A stretch of 64,000 bases of DNA from Trypanosoma brucei (lineage: Eukaryota): positions 3,776,001-3,840,000 of the forward strand of contig CH464491.1 in NCBI GenBank assembly GCA_000002445.1. Direction: 5' to 3'. The notes under the pieces are model-generated. The model worked only from the letters and a program-made list of their open reading frames with translations. It was not told the origin of the DNA and made no database searches. Shown here piece after piece: positions 20,325-30,900 of the stretch; the stretch's first letter is position 1, and every line of letters begins with the position of its first letter. The position numbers and the translations under genes are program-made.

Positions 20325-20689
20325 CAACTTGTGGGGGTACGTCCTGAAGCCGGCTTGCTGTGCGTTTCTGTGTGTGTTTTTTGTTTTCGCTTTCGAATGG
20401 AAGTGGTGATAATGACGATCGAAATATGTTGTTGTTTGTATGGTTACATATGTTGTTACCGCACACTTTGAATCGCTTTTTGGCAAAAATAATTTCTCCC
20501 CATGTTCGTTGGTTTACCGTAGTGTTGTGCTTTCCTACCAGATCTGTGCGACAGTCGTCGAACTACTCTCCTCTGTTCTATTTCTTATGTTTACTTAACG
20601 CAAATTTGTAGGACGCGTGAAACGAAAGCAGTTCTCAATTCGCGACTGAAGGAAAGTATATTTATTGGTTTTGGAAGAGCGCTAACCTC

Positions 20690-22360
20690 ATGCCGGTTAC
20701 GACACACTTTTCTAGCATTGGCGTTAAGCAGTCTGAAGTCATCGAGACTGCTACAACATTGGGATGGACAAATGATCATCAAGCGCAGGATTATCTCCAG
20801 AAACTGTTGATCATCGGTCGGCCTATCCTTAGAGCACACAACTGGAAGATACACCGCTTGAAAGAATTTTACCCGCGTAGCGCGCGGCTGCTGGGGCAAA
20901 ATTTTAATAGAGGGGAAGAAGTGTGTGTTAGATTTCGTGTACCCAAGGAGAAGAACACATTTTTCCCATTTCATGAGGTGGTTTGTACTTTTTTGCATGA
21001 GCTTGCCCACTGCAAGTACTCCAAGCACGACCGGCACTTTTGGGAACTGTACACAGAGCTTTCAGTGGAGTGTTGCAGATTAGATCTAAATGCTTCGCTA
21101 GAGAGGGAAGCTGCTGCCCCACCAGATCGTCGTCATACAGGCAGTGGTAGGCGTCTTGGCGGGAGCAGAATAGTTCCACTTCCTCGCGAGCCAGAGGCGA
21201 TGCGGCGCATTCTTTCTGAGGCTGCGGAGAGGCGCCGGCAATCGAGTGAAAATGGTCAGTGTTATGGATGTGCACACGACAAAACGGGAGTAGGGAGTGA
21301 GTTGAATGACGGTTTGTGGACTTGTGATAACTGCGATGGCGTCATTGATGCTCTGCGTGGAAAGTGTGAGTTCTGTGTGGAGGTGGGCGACTCAACCGAA
21401 CAAGTTGAGGAGTGGAGTTGTAAACGGTGTTCTTTTCATAATCACTGTGCTCTTGTGCAGTGTGAGGCGTGCGGTCGCTTCAAGTCAGGACGTACAGCTG
21501 ACGGAACGAACACTGTTCATACCGTGAAAGCGTTGGCAGCGTCGTCCGACCACTTGCTCTTCACCATGACTTTGGGCCGAGTAGCTGATGCGTTAGCTCC
21601 TATCCTACAGGAAATGCGGTGGAGTGTGGCATGTCTTGAGGAATTCGCGCCTCCATTGAAGCGTGTGATGTCAAGATCTAGTTTCAAGAATAGCAACGAG
21701 TGCGACACACTGAGCATTCGCCTCCGCTCACCGAATAATCCCCACGAGCCTTTGACATTTACCTGTGTGCTGGCGCATGCACTGCATCAGTTGGCGCATC
21801 TGACAGAGAAGAACCATGGCGCAAACTTTGTTCACACGTGGATAGCTATGATTCACCGTTTTCTCACTGAAACAAAGGCGTTTAGTGACGATTTCATAAG
21901 TAGTCAAGAGCAAGAAGACCTTCTCTGTTTGGCAATGGAGTTGGAATTACTTCTTAATGGATTAAGTGGGAGAGATACTGCGCTTTGTGACGATTTGTTA
22001 GACAATGTTCCTCATCTGCAGCGACTTTTTGAGAACTGTGCCACCTTTGTTAAACGTGAGCGCCTTTTTACCGTTGCTACAACCCGTGAGGCCGGTGTGG
22101 TAGGACACAGTAAGCACTTGGAACTGTGGCAGTGCAGAAGATGTAGCGTTAACAACAATGGTGGTTTCATCATATTCTGTGAAGTGTGTGGCGCGCCCCG
22201 CCAGCTTTCAGTGCTACTTCGTACATCTCGCACTGTTGCCGTTCGTGCTGCTAGTAACGAAACGGTTATTGACATTTCCGATGATGACGGTGATGATGGT
22301 TCCGCGACGTCAGCAGGAGAGGCAACGATTTCCCCCGGTGTCGTCTTCATAATTGATTAG
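20690..22360 (+). CDS. WLM-domain (Wss1/SprT-like) zinc metalloprotease fused to three RanBP2-type zinc fingers
   Basis: ATG at 20690. The WLM/HExxH signature is 'FLHELAHCKYSKHDRHFWELY'. Three RanBP2 zinc fingers follow: 'WTCDNCDGVIDALRGKCEFC', 'WSCKRCSFHNHCALVQCEACG' and 'WQCRRCSVNNNGGFIIFCEVCG'. Confidence 0.75.
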   Translation: MPVTTHFSSIGVKQSEVIETATTLGWTNDHQAQDYLQKLLIIGRPILRAHNWKIHRLKEFYPRSARLLGQNFNRGEEVCVRFRVPKEKNTFFPFHEVVCTFLHELAHCKYSKHDRHFWELYTELSVECCRLDLNASLEREAAAPPDRRHTGSGRRLGGSRIVPLPREPEAMRRILSEAAERRRQSSENGQCYGCAHDKTGVGSELNDGLWTCDNCDGVIDALRGKCEFCVEVGDSTEQVEEWSCKRCSFHNHCALVQCEACGRFKSGRTADGTNTVHTVKALAASSDHLLFTMTLGRVADALAPILQEMRWSVACLEEFAPPLKRVMSRSSFKNSNECDTLSIRLRSPNNPHEPLTFTCVLAHALHQLAHLTEKNHGANFVHTWIAMIHRFLTETKAFSDDFISSQEQEDLLCLAMELELLLNGLSGRDTALCDDLLDNVPHLQRLFENCATFVKRERLFTVATTREAGVVGHSKHLELWQCRRCSVNNNGGFIIFCEVCGAPRQLSVLLRTSRTVAVRAASNETVIDISDDDGDDGSATSAGEATISPGVVFIID

Positions 22361-22891
22361 GCAACAGCAAATATATATATACATATATTGTATGTTTGAG
22401 GGGCATGTGTGCCTCCTTCTTCCTTTTCACTCTTATTTGTATTATTGCACTACAGACTTGCATAAAGCGGTCAAGGCAAGTTATTTTGTTCCTTTCACGA
22501 GTTTAAATATTTTCTTTCATATGGCGTAAATTGTAAAACCCATTTCTCTTTTAATCTGGTTTACTACGCGTGCATGATTTTTGCTCGATGCCCTCATCAT
22601 GCGGATGGATTTCTATGCGTTTGTACACCCTGCGGACGTTTTTTTTTTGTTGCTGGTACGTGCATTTGTTTGTTTTCAACAACGAAGCGGCGTGCAGTAG
22701 GTAGGTACTGGTTTGTACTACTATCCCACACCGAAATTAGGGGGTTAATTTATTTTATTCTATTTTTGTAATGTCGTAGCAACAACTTACATACCAGATT
22801 CTGCCGTTCCTTCACTTCGAATTGCCTTGTTTCATTCTCCTCCTTGTTTGCCTCATTGTTCTTCTATCTTTAGATTTAGTACGACCTCTCG

Positions 22892-24595
22892 ATGGATACC
22901 GCGTACGCGACCCTCTTCAGCAAGTACAGAGAGGCTGCCGTATTAGCCTGCGATGAAATCGGCATTGAGCCGAAGGATTTGTTGTATAGGGCCAAGAAGT
23001 CTTTCAAACAGTCAGACAACGACAGCTCCAGTGCGATCCTCGTGCGGTACACGCTAAATGAGCGCACGAGACAGAACCGAATTCGGCAAGTGCTCGTTAT
23101 TAGGAACAAACTTGTTCTTCAGGGCAACGTATCTGACAGGTGGAAGAAACGATGCCAACAGTACCCTGACGCACCGCGAGCACCACGGATACCGAAGGCA
23201 GTGTTAGAGAAGTTGTTAGCACAGTTGGAAAAGGAGCGAGAAGATAAGAGCGATGAGGTAGGCAGTGCTCACCCTTCATCGCCAGCGTTTTCTCTTACGG
23301 GGGAAATACATAAAGGGCTTAGGTTGAGAAGATCATTGGGGAGGAGTGGTGGTGCATCTTTTGTTCGTTCACCTTCGGGAACCGAAACTTTCCGCTCACC
23401 GATGGCGGGGTCGCCTATGCACATGAGTCGAACCTCACCAACAGCAGCTGCTGCTCGAGGTAGGAGGGGTAGTAAAGTACTATTTGGGAGAGAACTCGAG
23501 GTGAAGGACCTTGAGGTACGCCGTGGGGGTCACTCTGCCACAGCTCCCATCATAAAATACTCTGAGGAGTGTCGTTCCAGCCCTTCTCGCAGCAGGCAGT
23601 CGGGGAGGAAAGCGCGTAAACATGGACCTGTCCCCCCATCTGACCCTCCACTATTTCCTCCGATTCCGCGGCACGGGCGCAGTGATGAAACGCTCGCTCA
23701 AGAGGCGGAAGATCTCGAGAGGTATCGACACACTCTTTCACTGTACGCAGTCGACAGCGCCTCATTACTAGAAAAATTCATGGAACAAACTGCCAAAAGG
23801 GGACTGAACGGCAGTAATACCGAGTCGAATGCTACGGCGCAAGATTCGGCACGCTCAAAGAGTGCTGCGCAAGATGGAGAAGTGGAGGCAACCAAGAAAG
23901 GGAAGAGGAGCGATATCGTGTGTTTGCCACAGAGAACAGCGCAAGAACGGAGGACTGCGGTTTTTATGCGCTTAGCGAGAATGCAATTGGCCCGTAACAT
24001 GGATGAATTCAGGAAGATGAAAATTTACCTCGGTGAAATGGATGAAATTGGACAAGCAGGTACCATCGTAGCATCTATCAGAGCTCGCGCCAACATAAAT
24101 AAACCTCCCACACATGAAGAATACATGGAAACACTGCGGGACAAAGAGCGCCAGCGTGAACTTCGACTCCAGCGTGAGAAGAAAGAGTTCCAGCGGACTT
24201 TGAAACTGCACGAAAAGAAGGAGCGCAGTGCGAAGAAAGTTCTTGAAAAGATAAAGAGCAAGTGGACAAATGTACGTTTGGAGGCTCTGACCACCAAGCG
24301 TGACATTGCTCTAACAAACCGCAAACGCGCGGACAGACGACTAAAAATGAAACAAGATCATTATTGTGTGCGTCTTTCCAAGAAGGAAATGGAGGCTGAA
24401 GAACGTCGCAGAAAACTATTCCGAACCATCTCCATGAAGCGGTATGAACATGACCAGGAGGAACTCTTCCGCAAAAACATAAAGGGGAAAATAATGGAGA
24501 TGGATAGACTGAAAAACTGGCGTAGTGAATCCCTTGCGCTGCCAGATGTATCACCACACTCAGAAAAGAAAAAAACAATACTTTGTCCCTTGTAA
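22892..24595 (+). CDS. Hypothetical 567-aa protein with a highly charged K/E/R coiled-coil C-terminal third
   Basis: ATG at 22892 on the coding strand of the unit. The C-terminal region 'KERQRELRLQREKKEFQRTLKLHEKKERSAKKVLEKIKSKW...' is coiled-coil-like. No enzymatic motif was recognised. Confidence 0.55.
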   Translation: MDTAYATLFSKYREAAVLACDEIGIEPKDLLYRAKKSFKQSDNDSSSAILVRYTLNERTRQNRIRQVLVIRNKLVLQGNVSDRWKKRCQQYPDAPRAPRIPKAVLEKLLAQLEKEREDKSDEVGSAHPSSPAFSLTGEIHKGLRLRRSLGRSGGASFVRSPSGTETFRSPMAGSPMHMSRTSPTAAAARGRRGSKVLFGRELEVKDLEVRRGGHSATAPIIKYSEECRSSPSRSRQSGRKARKHGPVPPSDPPLFPPIPRHGRSDETLAQEAEDLERYRHTLSLYAVDSASLLEKFMEQTAKRGLNGSNTESNATAQDSARSKSAAQDGEVEATKKGKRSDIVCLPQRTAQERRTAVFMRLARMQLARNMDEFRKMKIYLGEMDEIGQAGTIVASIRARANINKPPTHEEYMETLRDKERQRELRLQREKKEFQRTLKLHEKKERSAKKVLEKIKSKWTNVRLEALTTKRDIALTNRKRADRRLKMKQDHYCVRLSKKEMEAEERRRKLFRTISMKRYEHDQEELFRKNIKGKIMEMDRLKNWRSESLALPDVSPHSEKKKTILCPL

Positions 24596-25643
24596 TTACT
24601 ATAAAGGATGTAAATGTACAATAAAAATAACTACCTCTAGTTCACTTATGTTTGGCTTTTTGCTTTTATTACGGTTTAATTTCCTCTGTTGAGTAAGCGG
24701 CGAAAAGGAGATCATTGAGCGGTGAGAAATGTATCATATGTTTCTTTAATTTCTGTTTTTCGTGTTCGTGCATTCTTTTTTTTAAAAAAAAGAGTGCGGT
24801 AAAAGAAAATTTTAAAATGTCGTTGAAATGAGTGTATGGGTACGAGACTGCTTGACCTACCCTTTTCCGCGAGTGGCGGAAGTTTCGTTACCGTTGAATC
24901 TTTTTTTTTTGTTTGCTCTCCCTTCTCTTTTATACTTTTTACTCAGCATATAATGTGCATCTGTACGTTTGGTAATCTTTCCGTCTCTTCCCTCAGATAT
25001 TTTTTTGAGACGACGTGTGAGCTTCTGTTTATTTACCCAAAATTCTCAAAAAGCCGCCGCATGTAGTTGCAGCTGCTGCCTCTTTCTGTGTATTTTCGTT
25101 TATTCGTGTTCTTTTTTTTTTCAACTATCGGTTAGAATTTTTTTTTTTACTCTCCCCTCACCCATCAAAAATAACTTCCCCCCCCTTTCTTGATGAAGTT
25201 TGTTAACATTCCCTCGCATATCGTCGCTGTTCTGTGTGTTATCTGAGCTATAGAACTCGCATTACAATCTTACTTGAATATATAAGCATACATTTTCTCA
25301 TTGGTGACCATTCTATTTTGCTATGTTATTTCACAACCGAATGGCTGTGTTGGTTTTTCTTCTAATTTACTCCTTGTAACGTATCAGGAGTAACCAAAAT
25401 AAAGCGTAAGGTAACTAAAATTAAACGAAAGGGACAAGGTACCACTCCGTTTCACCGCACACACATTCTTGCGCGATCTTGAACGAATTAAATTACACCC
25501 ATTCTTATTAACAGATAGTTATAGTCTATATCCGTGTTTTGTTAATTATTTTTTTTTGTTTTTGGGTTGAAAGTCTCGCTTGAACTTTCACTCTATATTT
25601 GCCTGGTTATTTGGTGTTTAGGCTCGTTGCCTTTCTGAAGCTG

Positions 25644-27434
25644 ATGGAAAATTTGGTGGACGTTGGAAAATCCAATGGAACAACCAATGGCGCTGCTACA
25701 CGCCGTGGTAAAACCCAGTGTACTGAATGGAGGGGGAAATGCAAACGACAAAAGGTAAACAAACAACTGAGTGGTGGTGCATCCATTGGTTTCCCACCAC
25801 GGTTAACTAACGAACATATTGTCCCCCCCTCCAACGCGGCAAAAGGCGGTAAGGAACCGAATTCCACTGCCTTAACAGAGTCCGCAAATCACGGTTCTGT
25901 GCCGAAGGACGTTCCGTGTTTCCAGCAGAGTAATGATAGTCTCAGTTGTGGTTTGGCGTCTTCTCGTATAACTTTTGTCTTACCATGTTCCGCATCAGAC
26001 GAAAATAAAGTCGTAACTCCTGTGTACCTGCATATCTATGAGCTAAGTCATGGAATTCTGCATCGGCACAGCAAAAAAGTAACGGGGAAATACGTTAAGG
26101 GTGTTTATCATAGTGCTGTGGTGTGCTACGGAATGGAGTTTTTCTTTGAAGGTGGCATAACAGTTACTTGTGCTGGTCGAACGCGCTTCGGTGAGAAGTT
26201 TGACAAGGTCGAAATTGGGCACACCAATAAACCGCTTAGCTCTTTCCTGGATTGGGCAGGTCAACGTTCGAGGAGCACATACATTTTCCATTCTTATCAT
26301 CCAACGGAGCACAATTGTCACACGTTTACCTCGGACGCAATCAGTTTTCTCATGGGACCTGAAGCATCTTTGCCATCGTACCTAACGGAAACCATCGACA
26401 CGATTGTGAAAACACCCGTAGGGACCGGTGTGGTGGAGCTGCTGGTGCATTTTTTGGGAGGTATGAAATATGTGGCTGCTGAAAATCAGAGAAGGCGAAT
26501 GAGTGAGCGGAAGGCCTGCCTGACGAGGGCGAGGAGGTGCATTGCCAATAATGTCATTAATACAACTCCTCCAGCGAGTGTTACACTGTTTCGTGTGAGT
26601 GACCCCTCAAGTTGTCATCGCACCCTTGCTGCGGTAGAACCCTATGGAAGGCGGTTGTTGGAGCATAAGGCCATAGAGCCACCAGCGATGAATTTCCTGC
26701 GATGTGTGCAAGGTTTATGCGCGGGAGTTGAGTTCATTGATCCAGATTATGTTACTGAATACGTCAACCTTGCAACATATGCGCTCATACACACAACACC
26801 AACACTCAGGGGGCCCATACTGAACAGCCTGCGGGTTGCTGTTCTTCACAAGATGGTTTCATGTACCTGTGCTTTTCATCCTCTCCTTCTCTGTGCTTTA
26901 TCTGAGACTGTCCGTAACTTTATGAACCTGACGGCGGAGGGCAGGCTTGCGTTACTGCGTCTTTTGTGCAATATGGGTGGTAGCATCCATGGGGCTGTGG
27001 CACTGAGTTCTGCTGAGTACTCACAAATGTGGGTGGCGGCCGCTGGGCAAGCCGTGATGGATTATAGAAACCCTGCTATCGTTTATACGGGAGCCGCACT
27101 AATTGCCAACCTTGCTGTGGCATTTGTTCTAACCGAAAATTTTGTTTCAAAAACTGTGGAATACCCCCATATTTCTGACCAGTGTCAAAACCTCATTACT
27201 GTGACACTTTTTTACCTTGGGTCTTGGCCGAGGGAACGTGTCCCGGAGGCGGCAACAACTTTGATGTTGTTTGCCCTTTTTATTTTGCTTTCATCTTCTT
27301 TTGATGCTTCTAGAGCGGCCAAACTTCATCCTTTCCAACTGAATTTTGACTGCTTGATCAGGGAGGTACGGACGTTGGAGAGCTCAACCCTCATCCGCAT
27401 GCTGCAGGACATTTTAAGGTGTCCCCACGCATAG
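25644..27434 (+). CDS. PPPDE/DeSI (DUF862) putative deSUMOylating/deubiquitinating peptidase with a roughly 380-aa C-terminal extension
   Basis: The track start at 25599 is TTG, and the first ATG is at 25644. PPPDE hallmarks are 'VYLHIYELSHG' (compare 'V.LNVYDL'), 'YHSAVVCYGMEFFFEGG' (the His-containing motif) and 'NCHTFTSDAISFLMG' (the catalytic Cys). Confidence 0.6.
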   Translation: MENLVDVGKSNGTTNGAATRRGKTQCTEWRGKCKRQKVNKQLSGGASIGFPPRLTNEHIVPPSNAAKGGKEPNSTALTESANHGSVPKDVPCFQQSNDSLSCGLASSRITFVLPCSASDENKVVTPVYLHIYELSHGILHRHSKKVTGKYVKGVYHSAVVCYGMEFFFEGGITVTCAGRTRFGEKFDKVEIGHTNKPLSSFLDWAGQRSRSTYIFHSYHPTEHNCHTFTSDAISFLMGPEASLPSYLTETIDTIVKTPVGTGVVELLVHFLGGMKYVAAENQRRRMSERKACLTRARRCIANNVINTTPPASVTLFRVSDPSSCHRTLAAVEPYGRRLLEHKAIEPPAMNFLRCVQGLCAGVEFIDPDYVTEYVNLATYALIHTTPTLRGPILNSLRVAVLHKMVSCTCAFHPLLLCALSETVRNFMNLTAEGRLALLRLLCNMGGSIHGAVALSSAEYSQMWVAAAGQAVMDYRNPAIVYTGAALIANLAVAFVLTENFVSKTVEYPHISDQCQNLITVTLFYLGSWPRERVPEAATTLMLFALFILLSSSFDASRAAKLHPFQLNFDCLIREVRTLESSTLIRMLQDILRCPHA

Positions 27435-27921
27435 CATTCGCAGCGTGGTCGCCTCCTCCCCTCTCCTCTAATTCGGAAGCGAGGGGAAGAATAATTGTGT
27501 GAAGAATCTTTTTTTTTATCGTAACGTTTCTATCGGCAAAAGGGTGATGGTGCTCAACGCTTCCATGGGTGAAAATGCTATCACCTGTAACAGTTAGTTA
27601 CACGGTTGTTGTTTTTTTATGTGCAGAGCTCGCATATGGCCTCTGCCCTCCCTGCTGACCATCGTATCGCATTGGTTCCCTTCTGAAACTTCTTTTTTTT
27701 CTTCCTTTTCTGCTTAGGGGCGGGCATCGACGTACCTTTCGTACTTGAATACAAGTACTGAATCACCTGTGGTGCACAAGTGCCGTTCCCACATTTCCTT
27801 TGATTGGTCTTCATATTTAAATTTTGGTCCCTTTTTTTTTTTTACAAAAAATCGTACGGTAGTCATTTTAACCGAAAAGAAACCGGTAGTCCTTCCTCCC
27901 CATTACCTGTGTTGAACCACA

Positions 27922-30900
27922 ATGCTGCATGCAACTGTGGCGCCGTCGTTACCCGCGTCTGCAGTCACACACTCCGTATCGGGACGATTCTCTGAAGGTT
28001 TACCGGACAATGTTAGGGAATTGTTTATTTTCAAGAAGAATCACGTAGAATTGTGGCGTGTACCACAGGATCTGCCATCTGGTGAGAAGCGACTCTTATA
28101 TGTCACAGGGATACAATTGAATGCCCCGCCTGCATGTGTTGCAGTATGCAGGCCGACTGGATTTAGTGTGGATGTTCTTGTGATGTGCTTTGACGATTTT
28201 CATGTATCATTTGTCCAGTACGACCTGCTGTCGATGCGTCTCCGTACAGTGTTGCTTGTACAGTTGGATGACCGTGAGGTTTCACGCGACATGACACCTC
28301 TGGAACCTATCATGCGAGCAGATCCCACTGGAAGGTTTGTGATTGTGTTGGCTCGGCGACGGCACTTATTCCTTCTTCCGCTGTTGGGGCCAATGACATC
28401 CGAGGGCGCCTTGAAATCCGAGGCACAGCAGCCCGACAATGCTGAGGAACCAAATATCCCGGGTGCCACCCCTTCCGCATTGGGCGTTGCAGATGACTGG
28501 GGTGACGAGGGGGATTACGATGAGGAAACTAAAGAAAATAAGGTGGCAGAGTCGAGTGACGCCGCATGTGGAGGCGCGTCACCTGAGGAAAACAGCTCAA
28601 AGGTTGTCGGATCATCAAGTGTGCTTCTACGCATTGGCGCTATTTCCATGTTCACCCTTTCAAAGGTTCTGAAGAGTTCGATTCGCTATGTACGCGACGT
28701 GCAGTTTATCGGTACCCTCGGTGAACCTCTGTTAGCCATATTGTGTGAGCGGAAGCCAACATGGGCCGGGCGGGTGAAACTCGTGGAGTGGCGTACAAAA
28801 GCGGTTGAGTCGAATATGCTTTCTCAGCAAGTTACTTGGGTGCAGATCTCCGGTACGGCGAGTGCCCTCCCGAAGCTATTACTCGTTGGGGAGGTTGATG
28901 GTGTCCCTTACAACGTAACTCACATGTTACCGGTGGGCTCTATCTCACAGGCCATGTCGGGTGTAATTTGCTTCGGCGTTAACACGATTATGCACATCAC
29001 AACGAGGCGAGGTTATGGTGCCTACTGGAACGAAACAGGGAAGGAAGAGTGCACCAGTTCCAAGTCGTCTGCTGTCTCTTATGGTAAGATAAACTGGTGT
29101 GACAAAAAACTGGAGTCTTCAACCGCATTATTCCGAGTGAACCTTTCGTTGGCTAATTGTGTGGCGGCCACATTAGAGGGTAAGGATGATGAAGGGTCGT
29201 TACAAGCTGTTGCTGTGTCAGAGGACGATGGTGTCGTTCTGATGCTTCAGTTCCTCTCTCAGGGATCCAACATTCACGACATACGCATTGCCGTATTGAC
29301 ATCCGGGTGCTACTGCTCGAGCATAACTCCAATAAGTGAACGTCTAATGTTTCTGGGTTCCGCGGTAAGTGACTCTTGTATAGCAACCGTTCGCCCACAA
29401 GGCAGCAGCATGGAAAGTCGTTTCCAAGTTGTGGAGAGTATGGAGGCGATAGGTTCAATTAGGGATGTTGATGTTGTCGACTGCAGCGCCTTACCTGACG
29501 GGGGATCCAACACAACACCTCGCTCCGAAGCGGGTGGCTCGTGGCTTGAGGAGACGCCGTTTGCTGAGCTTGCTGGAATGACTTCGCTGGATCCTATGCC
29601 AAATCTGTCTTCCATGGATTGTCGTGCAGTGATGGATTTAGCAGTGTGTGCAGGACAGGGCAGTTCTGGTTGCATATATGTGCTGCGTCAGTCGATACGA
29701 AATGCGGTTGTTCGCCGTGAGAAAGTCAACGCTGTGTCAGCTTTCTTTTTGGAGCTACCGCGTAACCCCAAACGGCTGCGAACAGAGGGGGATGATAGGG
29801 AAGGGGCAGCTCAGAACGTCGCGGGACCGCCCTCACGACTTTTACTGACCGGCCTTTCTTTTACCATTCCGTTCACTGTTCGGGGGGAGTCGGTACAGCA
29901 AGAACGGCATTCGGAGTTCATTGCTAATTGTCGTACTGTTTTTGCGGCGGGGGTTCCGTGGTTGGGTGCCTTGCTTCAGCTGACGGAAAAGGAGGGTCGA
30001 ATTATATCGTCTAATGGACGAAAATTACTCCACCGCTTCTCCTTTTCCGGTGAGCGGGATTTGGATGAGAACAGGCAGGTTAAATCTGCATGTCTTGCCC
30101 CTGAGTTGCAAGCTTTATTTGTTCTCCTAGACGGTGGAGTGTTGTTGCAGTTCACGCTTTCAGAGATGGGAGGAGCGCCGCAGAGGAAGGAATTCGCTGC
30201 AGGTGTCGTGGCTTTTACACTCTGGAGGGAGCCCAAGTCCATCATTATGTTTATGTCAAGTCTCACAATGATGATTCAAGATGCGGAAACAGGAAGTATA
30301 CAATGGATAATCCCTCAGATGGGTACGTTGCCTCCGTACACTGTTTCGGAGGAACCAGTTGCTGAGGCAACAAAGGAACCATCTGCCAGTGACGATCTTC
30401 CCCACGTGACACACGTGGAGGTGTTGAACTTACTAGAAGAATCCGCTACCGATCCTGGTGGGATCGTGGCAACCGCCCTTCTTGTTGTACTTGGTACGGG
30501 TGAGTTGGCTGTATATCACGTTGTGGGGCCTGATAAGTTTGGTCCACTCCGCCTAATCAAGAAGTTTCACCACTTTCTTGATACGAAAGCCGTCCGTGAA
30601 GTTATCGAATCTATTGAGGCGAAAAAGATGCGCCTGCAAAGTGAGCGTACCATGATAGAGAACGACACGCAGTCGGTGCGACACTGCAGCCGGCGCATTA
30701 TACCATTTGCAGCTGTGGCGGGCCAATCTGGAGCATATGTCTGCGGACAACATCCATTGTTTCTCATGTGGGACAACCGTACCCGTCAACTCGTAGCGTA
30801 TCGTCACCAGGCCCCTGGACTCGTACGCGGCTTCGTTCCATTTACATCTATGCCTGGGGGTTTCATTTACTGTTGTGAGGGATTTGTTGATTTCGCCGTT

